Source of the DNA: Nitrospirales bacterium
GTDB lineage: Bacteria > Nitrospirota > Nitrospiria > Nitrospirales > UBA8639
Direction of reading: 5' to 3'
NCBI GenBank assembly: GCA_965203295.1
Contig: CBDBCZ010000019.1
Coordinates: forward strand, 2,272,001 to 2,336,000
DNA: 64,000 bases
This document shows, one piece after another, positions 8,742 to 19,807 of the stretch. Position 1 is the stretch's first letter; each line of letters begins with the position of its first letter. The position numbers were made by a program, and so were the translations under genes. Under the pieces are notes generated by a model, which had not been told where the DNA came from, searched no databases, and was given only the letters and a program-made list of their open reading frames with translations.

Positions 8742-11700
8742 TTGAAAATCGAGCGCCGTTTTACACGACCGGGACAGGATCCCTACCAAGGTATGACTTT
8801 TGTTTCACGCTCTTCTGAGATCCGCAATCCAGACGGGTCTGTGGTTTTTAAAATTGATGACATTCAGGCCCTCGAACATTGGTCGCAATTAGCTGTCGAT
8901 ATCCTGGCCCAAAAATATTTTCGAAAAGCTGGCGTCCCACAGGTCGACTCAAACGGGAAAACCATCCTCGATGAAAACAGGCAACCCCTTCTTGGAGGGG
9001 AAACCGATGCCCGACAGGTCTTTTACCGGTTAGCAGGATGTTGGGCACATTGGGGAAAAACCCATGGGTACTTTACAACGGATGAAGACACAGATGCTTT
9101 TCAAGATGAACTCAGCTTCATGCTTGCCCGTCAAATGGCCGCGCCCAATTCTCCGCAATGGTTTAATACCGGCTTGCATTTTGCCTATGGGCTGAGCGGA
9201 CCAGCGCAAGGGCATCACTATGTTGACCCCGATACACAACATACCAAACGATCCAAGAATGCTTATGAACGGCCGCAGGTTCACGCATGCTTCATTCAGT
9301 CGGTGTCCGATGACCTTGTGAACGAAGGCGGGATTATGAACCTTTGGGTTCGTGAGGCCCGATTGTTCAAATACGGCTCTGGAACCGGTACCAATTTTTC
9401 TAGCCTCCGTGGGGAGGGTGAAGCCCTCTCAGGGGGAGGCCGATCCTCTGGGCTCATGTCCTTTTTAAAGATTGGAGATCGAGCTGCCTGGGCGATTAAA
9501 TCCGGAGGGACCACCCGCCGGGCTGCCAAAATGGTGTGCCTGGACCTGGATCATCCGGACATTGAGGAGTTCATCGACTGGAAGGTGATCGAAGAACAAA
9601 AAGTGGCTGCGATGGTCACCGGATCAAAAATCTGCGCCCAACGTCTTAACGTGATTCTTAAGGCTTGCCATATTCCGGATTCCGACGGTCAACCTTGTCT
9701 TGAAACAGACTCGTCGAAGAATACTGTACTCAAAAAGGCACTTCAATCAGCGCGCGAATCGGCCGTTCCAGAAGCCTACATTCAACGTATGTTCAAATAT
9801 GCCCAGGAAGGATTCACGCATTTCGAGTTTCACGAATACGACACCAATTGGGATAGCAAAGCCTATCAGACGGTTTCCGGTCAAAATTCAAACAATAGCA
9901 TTCGGGTCCCTAACGAATTTTTTGAAACCCTTCAGAACGATGGAGACTGGTCGCTCAATTATCGAACGGATGGATCAAGTGCGAAAACCGTCAAAGCCAA
10001 TGACCTTTGGAACCGAATTGCCTGGGCAGCTTGGGTTTGCGCCGACCCAGGGATTCAATATGACACCACCATTAACGAATGGCATACCTGCCCGAAAGAT
10101 GGTCGAATCAATGCTTCCAACCCTTGTAGTGAGTATATGTTTCTGGATGATACCGCTTGCAATTTAGCCTCACTCAATTTGGGAACATTTATCAAATCAG
10201 ACAACCAATTCGATATTGACGCGTATCGCCATGCCATTCGTCTCTGGACCATTGTCTTGGAAATCAGCGTGCTGATGGCTGGGTTCCCCAGTAAAGCCAT
10301 TGCAGAAAAAAGCTTCCTGTTTCGAACATTGGGGCTCGGCTACGCGAATCTCGGATCGATTCTCATGCAGCAAGGTATTCCCTATGATTCACCGAAAGCC
10401 TTGGCCATTTGCGGGGCATTATCTGCCATTCTGACGGGTGAATCTTATGCGACATCGGCTGAAATGGCCGCAGAGCTCGGAGCATTCCCTGGCTATACCA
10501 AGAACCGAAAACCAATGCTTCGAGTCATGAGAAATCATCGACGAGCTGCCTACAACGCTTCAAAGGAGGAATACGAAGGACTTCAGGTTATTCCTCAAGG
10601 CATTCAACCAGAGCACACCCCTCCAGACCTCTTGAATGCGGCCAGAGAAGCGTGGGATCGAGCCTTGCATTTAGGGGAAACGCATGGATATCGGAATGCC
10701 CAAACAACCGTCATTGCACCGACGGGAACCATTGGCTTGGTCATGGACTGTGATACCACGGGTATCGAGCCTGATTTTGCTTTGGTGAAATTCAAAAAGT
10801 TAGCGGGGGGAGGATACTTTAAGATTATCAACCAAAGTTTGCCCTCGGCATTAGACAAACTCGATTATTCGAGATCCCAAATCCATGACATGATCACATA
10901 CGTCACGGGTGAACGGACCCTGAAAAATGCCCCATTTATTAATCATGACACGCTCGAAGAAAAGGGGTTCGACGAGGCGACGCTGGCACGCTTGGAATCG
11001 GCCTTAGATGGTGCGTTTGAGATTCAATTTGCCTTCAATAAATGGACGTTAGGAGAGGATTTTTGCCAAGACACCTTAGGGTTGACCAAATCTCAACTTC
11101 AACATCCACAGTTCAATATGTTGAAGGAATTAGGATTTACACAGGAAGAAATCCTAGCGGCCAACGATTATTGTTGTGGAACCATGACAATAGAAGGTGC
11201 TCCTCACCTCCTTTCAGAACACTTACCGATATTCGACTGTGCGAATCGCTGTGGTCGGATAGGGCAACGGTTCATTCAGACCCTTGCGCACATCAAAATG
11301 ATGGCAGCGGCTCAACCTTTTATCAGCGGGGCTATTAGTAAAACGATCAATATGCCCGCAGACTCTACCGTTGATTCGGTCAAAGAAGCCTATCAGTTCG
11401 GGTGGTCCCACATGCTCAAAGCCATTGCGTTGTATCGCGATGGGTCCAAACTAAGCCAACCCTTAAACGCCTCGACCCTCTTGGACTCGATAGACTCTCA
11501 AACCGCCGATGTCACCGCCACAGCCGAACGGGCTGCAGAACGGTTCTTAGTTCGCTACCTGGCAAAACGACGGCCGTTGCCCACTCGCCGGGGCGGGTAC
11601 ACTCAAAAAGCCGTTATTGGAGGGCATAAGATTTACCTAAGGACTGGGGAATATCAGGATGGGACATTGGGGGAAATCTTCCTTGATATGCATAAAGAGG

Positions 11701-12263
11701 GGGCTGCCTTCAGAAGTCTCATGAACTGTTTTGCTATAGCCATTTCCCTGGGCCTTCAACATGGCGTTCCCCTTGAGGAATTTGTGGAAGCGTTTTTGTT
11801 CACTCGCTTCGAACCCAATGGACCAGTCAATCTCAATGATCACATCAAAATGTCCACCTCGATCATTGACTATATCTTCAGGGAACTCGCGATTACCTAT
11901 CTCGGCCGTCATGACCTTGAACAGGTCGTTCCCGAAGACCTGCGAGGCGATTCCGTGAAGCAGGACCCTGAATGCACTGACGAGGAACCTGCTGACCCAC
12001 GAACCCTAATTTCACCTTCAATTAGTCCGGAAGTTTTTCCGGCCCGACGAGGAAATGGAACACCAAATGGTGGGAATGGGAAAGGAAAGGTCTCACATAA
12101 GCTAGAAATGAAACGAGAAACCCTCACCTACACAACCGAAATGGAGACTCTCCGAAAAGGTTACGAGGGAGACCCCTGTCCAAACTGTAAGCAATTTAAA
12201 TTAGTTCGCAACGGCATGTGCTTAGTTTGTCGGAATTGCGGTGAGCAGACAGGATGCTCATAA
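8742..12263 (+). CDS. nrdJ: Vitamin B12-dependent class II ribonucleotide reductase with TSCPD and Zn-ribbon C-terminus
   Basis: [37 protein letters not shown], terminal CPNC..CRNCG..GCS. Confidence 0.96.
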   Translation: MKIERRFTRPGQDPYQGMTFVSRSSEIRNPDGSVVFKIDDIQALEHWSQLAVDILAQKYFRKAGVPQVDSNGKTILDENRQPLLGGETDARQVFYRLAGCWAHWGKTHGYFTTDEDTDAFQDELSFMLARQMAAPNSPQWFNTGLHFAYGLSGPAQGHHYVDPDTQHTKRSKNAYERPQVHACFIQSVSDDLVNEGGIMNLWVREARLFKYGSGTGTNFSSLRGEGEALSGGGRSSGLMSFLKIGDRAAWAIKSGGTTRRAAKMVCLDLDHPDIEEFIDWKVIEEQKVAAMVTGSKICAQRLNVILKACHIPDSDGQPCLETDSSKNTVLKKALQSARESAVPEAYIQRMFKYAQEGFTHFEFHEYDTNWDSKAYQTVSGQNSNNSIRVPNEFFETLQNDGDWSLNYRTDGSSAKTVKANDLWNRIAWAAWVCADPGIQYDTTINEWHTCPKDGRINASNPCSEYMFLDDTACNLASLNLGTFIKSDNQFDIDAYRHAIRLWTIVLEISVLMAGFPSKAIAEKSFLFRTLGLGYANLGSILMQQGIPYDSPKALAICGALSAILTGESYATSAEMAAELGAFPGYTKNRKPMLRVMRNHRRAAYNASKEEYEGLQVIPQGIQPEHTPPDLLNAAREAWDRALHLGETHGYRNAQTTVIAPTGTIGLVMDCDTTGIEPDFALVKFKKLAGGGYFKIINQSLPSALDKLDYSRSQIHDMITYVTGERTLKNAPFINHDTLEEKGFDEATLARLESALDGAFEIQFAFNKWTLGEDFCQDTLGLTKSQLQHPQFNMLKELGFTQEEILAANDYCCGTMTIEGAPHLLSEHLPIFDCANRCGRIGQRFIQTLAHIKMMAAAQPFISGAISKTINMPADSTVDSVKEAYQFGWSHMLKAIALYRDGSKLSQPLNASTLLDSIDSQTADVTATAERAAERFLVRYLAKRRPLPTRRGGYTQKAVIGGHKIYLRTGEYQDGTLGEIFLDMHKEGAAFRSLMNCFAIAISLGLQHGVPLEEFVEAFLFTRFEPNGPVNLNDHIKMSTSIIDYIFRELAITYLGRHDLEQVVPEDLRGDSVKQDPECTDEEPADPRTLISPSISPEVFPARRGNGTPNGGNGKGKVSHKLEMKRETLTYTTEMETLRKGYEGDPCPNCKQFKLVRNGMCLVCRNCGEQTGCS

Positions 12264-12290
12264 TGCAACCAGCTCTGCTGCTCATTTGAC

Positions 12291-12357
12291 TGGGGAGTCC
12301 TGCCACGATTCAGTTCCCCTGAATTGTCATGCCCGCAGTCGTCGGTGGGCATCCAGG
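12291..12357 (-). repeat. Family B element, partial copy
   Basis: Reverse complement matches about 8346-8410. Confidence 0.8.
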
Positions 12358-12385
12358 TTGTTTTGGTTCAATCGTTATTATTTGA

Positions 12386-12581
12386 GCTGGGTTTCGGCCC
12401 CGCACGCCGAGGTCCTTTTGTTTCGGCAAAAGGACCCCAAACCATTCCCGCCCGCACATGGCCCTGCGGTTCTCCTTCGTCCCAGCCCCGAATCACATGG
12501 CTGCGGAACTCGCTTCTCTCAGACAGTCCTCGCCGAGACGTCGATTCGTCGCTGGGACTCAGCCACACGCAAGGCGGAACA
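12386..12581 (+). repeat. Family A ~195-bp structured element, copy 1
   Basis: Core palindrome ggtccttttg-tttcgg-caaaaggacc; closely similar inverted copy at 21481-21676. Confidence 0.9.
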
Positions 12582-12594
12582 CACAGAGTCGTTC

Positions 12595-13488
12595 TTACTC
12601 CTTTGCATCCATCGCACACCGAAATCCAATCGTTAAATCGTTCGCTTCGACGGGGAAGTCGGGCTCAGCCTTAGACCGAGCCGTGACCCGTAATCGCTTG
12701 GGAGGATCTTCCCAAGACCCACCGCGGAATATTTTCTTTTCCCCCGTTTCAGGGCCTTTGGGATTTTTGGAAGGGCTTTTTCGATAGTAAGATCGATGAT
12801 ACCAATCTGATACCCACTCGGAAGCATTTCCTGCCATATGATAAAGCCCATACGGGCTTTTCGTTCCTGTTTTCAATCCATGCCGAATACTCATTCCAGT
12901 GACTCCACTCGTCACGGGCGCGAGGGTAATCGGGTAGCTGACCCATCCAGTCGTCCCAAGGTTGTATCTGGCAATATCAACGAAGGGTTGCATATGGCCC
13001 CAAGGATACCGTCGACCATCTGTCCCCCGAGCCGCTTTCTCCCATTCAGCTTCTGTCGGGAGCCGTTTTCCAACCCACTCACAATAGGCCACAGCGCTAC
13101 CCCAGGCCATCCCCACAGCAGGTCGATCAGCAGCGTCCTCAAACGCAGCCCCATCATCCCACAATGGCGGGAAATCATGCCTGGTCTCATCCAGAAACTT
13201 TTGATAGAGCGCCATCGTGACCTCAAACTGATCAATGTAATAGGGATCCAACCGCACGGTATGTTCGGGGCGCTCATTTCTTGGGCCTTGATTATCCCCC
13301 ATGAGGAATTCCCCTTCAGGGATTTTTACCATGGGAGCTCCATCCTTGCCTTTAATTATTTCATAAGACTCGCCGTCTTTTTGTGGATCCTCGGCTGCAG
13401 CAAGCGCCACTGACGCACACCATCCCCCCACATACACGAGCATTAAGCACCCAATTAAGACAGTTCGACTACTCCATCCTTTTCCCAT
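12595..13488 (-). CDS. Formylglycine-generating enzyme (FGE-sulfatase/SUMF1) family exported protein
   Basis: GEFLMG, RLPTEAEWEKAARG, YPWG, MAGNASEW, RGGSW, GFRC; signal peptide. Confidence 0.92.
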   Translation of the reverse strand: MGKGWSSRTVLIGCLMLVYVGGWCASVALAAAEDPQKDGESYEIIKGKDGAPMVKIPEGEFLMGDNQGPRNERPEHTVRLDPYYIDQFEVTMALYQKFLDETRHDFPPLWDDGAAFEDAADRPAVGMAWGSAVAYCEWVGKRLPTEAEWEKAARGTDGRRYPWGHMQPFVDIARYNLGTTGWVSYPITLAPVTSGVTGMSIRHGLKTGTKSPYGLYHMAGNASEWVSDWYHRSYYRKSPSKNPKGPETGEKKIFRGGSWEDPPKRLRVTARSKAEPDFPVEANDLTIGFRCAMDAKE

Positions 13489-13663
13489 CAGTATACCCCC
13501 TTGCATTCCTCAGTCGCGGCCAACTTCGATTGAAGTCATGACGCATGATTCACTTCCGCACCTCACCCATTCCAAAGTATAATTATTTATTGTACAAAGG
13601 ATACATCGTCTACGACAACGCACATCTTACCAAACTTCACCTCCCAATCCTCACACGCTATTA

Positions 13664-14431
13664 CTAAACTCCTTCCGTCTCAATTTGAAGTATTCTCCCG
13701 CAATGCTTGCAATGAACAGCATCGGGATCATGCCGGTTCAGCCCACAATCCGGACAGGCATAACGAACCTTGGCAGGTCGAAATATCGCCCGGACCAATT
13801 TCAGGAAAAGTGCGACGCCCAACACCATGATCATCACCGATAGGAAGCGGCCGGTGCTACCCTGCAGAGTGATGTCACCAAACCCCGTAGTCGTCAGAGT
13901 CGAAACCGTAAAATACAGGGCATCCATGTAGGTTTGGATGTGTGGATTGTCATCAACCTGAGCGACAAAGACAAGGGCAGTCACCACAAAAATGAAGACG
14001 ACAAGATTCAGAATGCTTTGAATGAGCTCTTCATTTCGTGAAAAAAACTTATAGTGTTTCCGAAGATCTCGCAGAAGATGGTATGAGCGTAGTAACCTCA
14101 GGGCTCGTAACGCCCGTAAAAAAGCTAGATTGTCGATGAACGTTGGGGCAAGTAAAGCAAGAATGACAATGAGATCCGCAAGGGAGATCGGATGAATCAA
14201 ATAGTTGACTCTATTCCTTGCCAACACAAATCTTGCGATGAAATCCAGGATCAACACGACAGCAATGACCAAGTCTGTGACGATAATCCATTTGGATAAT
14301 TCAACCGTCGTTGTGACGATAAAGAAACCTATCGTGATGATGTCAAATGCTAAAAGTCCAAACCGAAAAAGGGTCGACCTTTTATGTTTACCGTTGTAAA
14401 GATCGCTTAATGTTTTTTGAAACGCTGACAT
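13664..14431 (-). CDS. Voltage-gated-type potassium channel
   Basis: S4-like RALRALRLLR, pore TLTTTGFGD, C-terminal CPDC..CKHC. Confidence 0.9.
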   Translation of the reverse strand: MSAFQKTLSDLYNGKHKRSTLFRFGLLAFDIITIGFFIVTTTVELSKWIIVTDLVIAVVLILDFIARFVLARNRVNYLIHPISLADLIVILALLAPTFIDNLAFLRALRALRLLRSYHLLRDLRKHYKFFSRNEELIQSILNLVVFIFVVTALVFVAQVDDNPHIQTYMDALYFTVSTLTTTGFGDITLQGSTGRFLSVMIMVLGVALFLKLVRAIFRPAKVRYACPDCGLNRHDPDAVHCKHCGRILQIETEGV

Positions 14432-14476
14432 TCCGTGACTCGCTCTTGGAGTTGCTCTTTTGCTTTTCTCCCCATT

Positions 14477-15502
14477 TCAGTTCGAAAGGCTTTCTTGTAG
14501 TTGGTCAAGTTTCAGGAGCGCATTCGACACACCTTTCGCTAGCTCAGCCATCGCTTCATAATCGAGCGTCTCTGGTCGATCTGTCTTTTCGTGATAATGC
14601 GGATTGCGATAGAACGCAGTGTCGGTCAATATGACGGCGGGGTAGCCTTCATTCCAGAACGATCCATGGTCTGAGAGATCGACACCAGGCACCCACCAGG
14701 GTCCTGTGAAGGTTTCAACTGGTAGATTCATCGAGGCTTTGAGTGCATCCCGAACGTGGCCCTGCAGATTGCTAGAAGAAAAGTTGCTCACGACCGTGAT
14801 GAAGTTGCCTTCCGAAGGATGCCACCACCGTAACCAAAAGAACGGGAAGGATTGGCTATCCTCCTCGTTCGAATAGTACCCCAGCATTTCCAAGCTAATC
14901 ATGGCCTCCACCAACTCTCCACGAGCTTTCAGACTACTGGCATACACTCGGCTACCCATCTGAGGACTTCGAAAGAACGGAGATTCTTCCAATGTGAAGG
15001 CTACAAATCGGATGGTCTTTCGGAAAGGAGTCTGAGCATGCAACCGAGCCAATTCTAAAAGCACGGCGACCCCGCTCGCATTGTCATCAGCCCCAGGCGT
15101 CTCCTCGCGTGTATCGTAGTGCGCGCCGATAATCAGAACACGATCGGGATCACCATGGCCACGACGCTCAGCAATGATGTTTCGGACTTGATGCCCTTTG
15201 ACTTCATAGGACTGAGACGTGACCGCATAGCCGAACGATTCAAACGACCCAGAAATGAATTCAGCCGAGGCATCCAGATTACTGAGATTCTGATAACTAC
15301 GCGATCCTATGGTTCCGGCCAAAAAGTGGACCGTGGCCTCCAGTTTCGCACGGATTGACCCAAGATCATCGTTTCCACTGTCACCCAATGCGCTCACATA
15401 CCACCCACTAGGGAAAAGGAACGGAAGCATCGACACAAGAAGCAGAAGCCGATACTTTACCCTTTTAAGCAGCAGCATAGAAATCCACTTGTAACCATTC
15501 AA
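14477..15502 (-). CDS. M28 family metallopeptidase
   Basis: GAHYD, PGADDNASG, LEE, SDH, YH motifs. Confidence 0.9.
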   Translation of the reverse strand: MNGYKWISMLLLKRVKYRLLLLVSMLPFLFPSGWYVSALGDSGNDDLGSIRAKLEATVHFLAGTIGSRSYQNLSNLDASAEFISGSFESFGYAVTSQSYEVKGHQVRNIIAERRGHGDPDRVLIIGAHYDTREETPGADDNASGVAVLLELARLHAQTPFRKTIRFVAFTLEESPFFRSPQMGSRVYASSLKARGELVEAMISLEMLGYYSNEEDSQSFPFFWLRWWHPSEGNFITVVSNFSSSNLQGHVRDALKASMNLPVETFTGPWWVPGVDLSDHGSFWNEGYPAVILTDTAFYRNPHYHEKTDRPETLDYEAMAELAKGVSNALLKLDQLQESLSN

Positions 15503-15514
15503 CCCAGATTGCCA

Positions 15515-15839
15515 TCAAGAGTTAGGATAGTATGAATCTATTGTGACTTCTCGGTCTGTGTCATACATAGCGCCGAGTATGACCGGGCATCCGTATATCC
15601 CTGCTCTATACCGCGACCCGATACCACTCAATGGCTTTTTGATAGTTTTGCTACAGAAACTGGCACTGTTCGTACATGACACCAACTGGGGTCTACGCTT
15701 GCGCGTTACCCTGCTACTCCGCCAATGATCACCATTTCTTTCAAGGCAGTTTCGCAATCGCCATGCTTATAGGCATCTCATCTCGCCTAATAACTCCCCA
15801 TATCGCTACAGCGAGGAGGATAGCCAACCAACTTACCAT
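15515..15839 (-). pseudogene. Decayed Sel1-repeat protein
   Basis: Fragments LAEQGNAQA*, VGVMYE, NYQKAIEWYR, LGAMY across stops and frames. Confidence 0.6.
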
Positions 15840-15906
15840 GAAAAGGCGTACAGCCGCTTTAGTCACGTAGGTTTCTCACTCAAAGCGAACCTTCAATTTT
15901 TCTCCC

Positions 15907-16305
15907 TTACTCAGAAGTTGGTTGCTGCTGTAGGTCATTTGCTAAAGGATCAGGGCCATATTTATTAGGGCCGTCTGTACCTTTGGGAATGAGTAACATA
16001 ACGAGTAAGAGCAAACCGAGAAACAGGTGTAGATCTGGCGGACCCAGTAGATCGAATTCAAAACCTATTCCTAAAACGAATAAGACAATAACGATAATCC
16101 GTCCTGGGAAGCCTTGATCATTCAATCTTTTCGCAGTTACAGCAAATGTCCCCCAGACGCAAGCCCAAAAAGAGATCGTGACAAGCAATGCAAGGATTCC
16201 TAACAACAAAGTGAGATCCCTCACTTCTGATGGCAGAATGTGGTCTAGAGCCGATGAAATACCACTCCCAAGAAGCATGAGGAGAAACCAACAGACGGCA
16301 AACAC
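15907..16305 (-). CDS. DUF805 family membrane protein
   Basis: Upstream in-frame FSFKGRIQR, KRLND.G, GPNKYGPDP; true start probably further upstream. Confidence 0.8.
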   Translation of the reverse strand: MFAVCWFLLMLLGSGISSALDHILPSEVRDLTLLLGILALLVTISFWACVWGTFAVTAKRLNDQGFPGRIIVIVLFVLGIGFEFDLLGPPDLHLFLGLLLLVMLLIPKGTDGPNKYGPDPLANDLQQQPTSE

Positions 16306-16510
16306 CGATCGCTGGATCCTGCCTTTAAACGAAAACAGCGTTTGGGCTAGTTCTAAAAAATCTCCCGCACAGACGCTTCCTTCGCTATTTCTTCCCCCTT
16401 TCTGAAGAACAGTTAAACTTCTACCACATACTTGATTTTAATGCTTTTCTCTTCGTTGGTGTCGTAACAAAGTCATTCACGCTATCCTTCTTTTTTTTTC
16501 TCAAAAATAG

Positions 16511-16544
16511 AAAAGCCCTTCAGGCTGAAACGCACCCGAAGGGC
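16511..16544 (-). terminator. Intrinsic terminator
   Basis: gcccttc..gaagggc stem followed by a U run on the minus strand. Confidence 0.65.
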
Positions 16545-16799
16545 CTCTCGAAAGTTTCCTCTTTATTGAGGACGTCTATTCGAATCATTCACTCCTTGAC
16601 CCAATCCAGAATCCTGAAGAACCTAATTCCAATTTGTAGGAATTACTATGCGTCGCTCCTCGGGAGCTTTCCGCTTCCCTGGTTATTGCCATACGCCGGA
16701 AGGTTTGTCTCATCAATCCCTTTCCTACCTCTATGATTGAACAGCCCTTCTCTTCAGAGTTACGACAATTCAAAAGCTGAGCCACCCTCAGAATGGAAT

Positions 16800-17156
16800 T
16801 CACTTCTCTCGTCGCGACTCGAGTTCCGCTATGCCTTGCTCGATCACTCCCTTGCGTTGTTGAATACTTAGGCGTGCCACATCTTGAGCCCCCTCTAGTT
16901 GGGCTTCTTCCTGTAAATTAATCCACGCCCCAGCTTCTCCCAGTTGCGCATAGGCATACGCTTCCAAAATGTCAGAAGGATTTCCAAACACCTCAGCCAG
17001 CAGCGACTCCATATCCTCATCAAAGGCTTTTAACGCTTCCGTCCTACTAACCTGGGAAAGAATCGCTTCGAATCGAACGACCTGGTCGCGAAGACGTTCC
17101 ACGTTTTTTTCGACGGAATTGTCCGTATTGGGTTGTGTTGCCTCCTTCATTGCCAT
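16800..17156 (-). CDS. Hypothetical helical protein
   Basis: aggaggt RBS before ATG 17156; 118-aa ORF. Confidence 0.75.
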   Translation of the reverse strand: MAMKEATQPNTDNSVEKNVERLRDQVVRFEAILSQVSRTEALKAFDEDMESLLAEVFGNPSDILEAYAYAQLGEAGAWINLQEEAQLEGAQDVARLSIQQRKGVIEQGIAELESRREK

Positions 17157-17476
17157 GGCCACCTCCTTTAATAAAGAATTTTCCTGAATCCCTACATACC
17201 CTAAGCACATGACTTCATGTTGGCTATGAAATCTGGTCATCCACGAGTGAGCCCCCTCGACATCAAATCTCTCACTTCCAGTGTCACCTACAAATTTAAA
17301 TAAGCAAGAAAAAGACCGGAACGGTCGTGGATAGGAAACTCTATGGAATCATTGCAAAAATAGGAGAAGGCCACCCTCCCGCATTCATTCCAAGAGGCTC
17401 GTTTTGGGGAGGTTTGGGACAGTCAAAGACAATCGTGTGTGGAAAATTAGGCAGGGCTAAGACGAAGGCTAAACTC

Positions 17477-17520
17477 AAGGGGCTGGCATAGAAGAGGTCT
17501 TTCTTCTATGCCAGCCCCTT
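17477..17520. terminator. Perfect 19-bp inverted repeat, probable terminator
   Basis: aaggggctggcatagaaga - 6 nt - tcttctatgccagcccctt. Confidence 0.7.
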
Positions 17521-17625
17521 ATTTATTACGGCAGCTATGAATTCGCCACGTGAGTCAACTCGCTAATCCGGCACCAAAAAGGATAAGTCTCGATACTTCT
17601 TCCATATTCGATGGCTATGAGACTT

Positions 17626-17898
17626 TCATTGTTCTAGATCTTGTTTTATCACCTCATACTGTTCCTTGGTGATTTCCCCGCTGGCATAGCGCCGATTAAG
17701 AACCTGGCGCGGCGTGTCCTGATCCCTCATCCCACGTGGATTCCACCTGCACATTGGGCAAGAGTGACCCCATCCACCTGACCGACGAAAAAATCCAAAT
17801 GCACAGATGCCTATAAAAAGCATCATAAGCACCATGAAGGTAAATGGGAAAATCCACATCCACCTAAAGCCGCCTTCCCACCACATCTGAGGGTCCAT
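17626..17898 (-). CDS. SHOCT-domain membrane protein
   Basis: TM helix plus LNRRYASGEITKEQYE. Confidence 0.85.
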   Translation of the reverse strand: MDPQMWWEGGFRWMWIFPFTFMVLMMLFIGICAFGFFRRSGGWGHSCPMCRWNPRGMRDQDTPRQVLNRRYASGEITKEQYEVIKQDLEQ

Positions 17899-17912
17899 GC
17901 TTTTTCCTCCCT

Positions 17913-18083
17913 TCAAGAGGACCTTGATGGATAAATTTGATTGAGCTTCTCTTCTAACCTTTTTATGCCGCGGTAATTCAAGATAGACAAGGAAACCATG
18001 GTCACCATAACAATGAGAGGGACGATGGGCATGAAAGGGAACATAGGCATTTCACGCATTTTTTTCATAGTCGACTTTTCCAT
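17913..18083 (-). CDS. 56-aa Met-rich membrane peptide (not in the ORF track)
   Basis: aagga RBS; MEKSTMKKMREMPMFPFMPIVPLIVMVTMVSLSILNY...; lies between the CMD and SHOCT genes. Confidence 0.6.
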   Translation of the reverse strand: MEKSTMKKMREMPMFPFMPIVPLIVMVTMVSLSILNYRGIKRLEEKLNQIYPSRSS

Positions 18084-18139
18084 GTCTTACATTCCTTTTG
18101 GAAATGGGTGGCGAATAAATATAGGAAATTTAAGATCGG

Positions 18140-18406
18140 TTAAGAACCACCGCAGACTTTCTCTGCCTGGTCCTTTTTGTCTGTTGAACCGGCAGCGGCC
18201 ACTGATCCAAGAAGAGTTTCCGCTTCCTCATCCCAATTGCTCGCAGCCCCCTTTCGGACCATTCTCCCAACCCTCAGAGCCACCTGGATCTCCGCCTCCT
18301 CAGCCCCCACCTCTTGGGCTTTGGTAACGTGATACCGAAGGCAGGGGACGCAGTTGGCGGTTACTGACGCGCCGATCGCGATGAGTTCTTTGGTCAAGGT
18401 ATCCAT
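18140..18406 (-). CDS. Carboxymuconolactone decarboxylase/AhpD-like protein
   Basis: KELIAIGASVTANCVPCLRYH...A...G. Confidence 0.85.
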   Translation of the reverse strand: MDTLTKELIAIGASVTANCVPCLRYHVTKAQEVGAEEAEIQVALRVGRMVRKGAASNWDEEAETLLGSVAAAGSTDKKDQAEKVCGGS

Positions 18407-18769
18407 GGTTTAGTCTCCTTTTTCCCATGATGGGCTCTTCCATAGTTGGGATTACGGACAATCCTCTAAAAATTAAATGAGCAAATGGTGTGCCTATAAA
18501 CAAACGGAAGGTTGAATGATGACAAGTCCTTATAAAACAGAGATTTTCAGGAAGCCGGTATCTCAGAGATGGAGTAAGCATGGTAAGATTGGGGCAGATA
18601 GGGGCAGCCCTTTGTAATAGAGTGAGGATTTGGGGGCGGGTCATGCCCTCAGGGTCACCGGATACTGCTGGTATACCTTACGGGGGCTTTCCATACAGAA
18701 CTTAAATAATCCATGCTTAAGGTAGAATCTTAATTCGTTCAATATCTATTAATGAGGAGGTATCAAACG

Positions 18770-19012
18770 ATGACAAATGAAACACTAACAGAACTTCTTG
18801 GCTGGGCGTCAGTCGTCAATATAGCCTTGTTGTTCATATCAACCATAATGGTCATCGCAATACGCGGACCTATTTCAAAAATTCATTCCAGTTTGTTTGG
18901 CCTTGATGAGAAAGACTTGAGAAGAGCATATTTTCAATACATCGCACAATATAAAATAGCAATTATCGTCTTGAACATTGCGCCATATATTGCTCTAAAA
19001 ATTATGGCCTGA
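18770..19012 (+). CDS. Small membrane protein (DUF6868-like)
   Basis: LGW..VNI..L, HS.LFGL, YKI....NIAPYIAL; aggagg RBS; AT-rich. Confidence 0.7.
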   Translation: MTNETLTELLGWASVVNIALLFISTIMVIAIRGPISKIHSSLFGLDEKDLRRAYFQYIAQYKIAIIVLNIAPYIALKIMA

Positions 19013-19215
19013 TCAATAAAGTAGTTAGCATTTTAGCCTAGCTGGTCTTCTCCTTAACCTGATCCAGCATCTGTGAGGAACCAAAATAAATGGAACTTGT
19101 GAAAGCTCTGGAAAAGGAAGTTACTGTGCGGTTGGTTATGGTGGGAGGGGAAAAAGGCTACCACGCGTCTGGGCAAGAAAATTATCTTGCCCCGCCCTAC
19201 CTCAAGTCTAAAATT

Positions 19216-19293
19216 TGGCGTCCCCAACGGGATTTGAACCCGTGTTGCCGGCTTGAAAGGCCGGCGTCCTAGGCCAGTCTAGACGATGGGGAC
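19216..19293 (-). tRNA. tRNA-Glu(TTC)
   Basis: GTCCCCATCGTCTAG...CTTTCAA...GGTTCAAATCC..GGGGACGCCA. Confidence 0.97.
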
Positions 19294-19458
19294 ATATTTC
19301 TTTGGATCGAGGGTTTAATCTACGGGAAGCCAAGACTCCAGCTTTACGAGCCGGAAATATTCAGCTCCACGATATTCCCCAACTCATGTTATTTTGTTCA
19401 GGAATGAAAGATTGCTTGAGCACTCAAATTGGATCATGCCCTGCAACACAGGGCTAGA

Positions 19459-19487
19459 ATAGTAACAAAGGGGTAAACGGGAGTCAA
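19459..19487 (-). promoter_or_regulatory. sigma70 promoter for tRNA-Glu
   Basis: TTGACT - 17 bp - TACTAT with extended TG. Confidence 0.5.
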
Positions 19488-19807
19488 ACATGACATTGGT
19501 AATAACTAAGTAGCACTTTGAGCAGGGACCGGATTGAATGCTCAGATGAGCCAGACCTTGTTGAGAAAACGGACTCTTAAATCTTCCTCACGATTATCTC
19601 ACCAAGAACATAGCTCGACGAGAGTAAGGACTGAGAAGAATACACGTGAAATACAGATGTGCGGGACTTGCTTTAAAAGAGAGCTTTGGGGAGAGCTGGG
19701 CCCGACCAAGCTCCTCTGCTGAAGTAGCTTTGGCTACGAAGGACGGGAAGCTGTGACTGTCTGCCGCTTGCTTCAGCAGCAAGCGCGATGGCGGTTAAAG
19801 GGCGGTG

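Noticed and set aside
12595..12760. FGE/C-type-lectin-fold C-terminus as a diversity-generating retroelement target
   Set aside because: No template repeat or reverse transcriptase seen in the window
12241..12787. Overlapping ORFs after nrdJ and similar ones at 21451-21671
   Set aside because: Translations of the family A repeat, not genes
16716..16729. 14-nt complementarity between the candidate sRNA and the rho leader (36170-36183)
   Set aside because: Several 14-mer matches are expected by chance in 64 kb, and the sequence is low-complexity purine-rich
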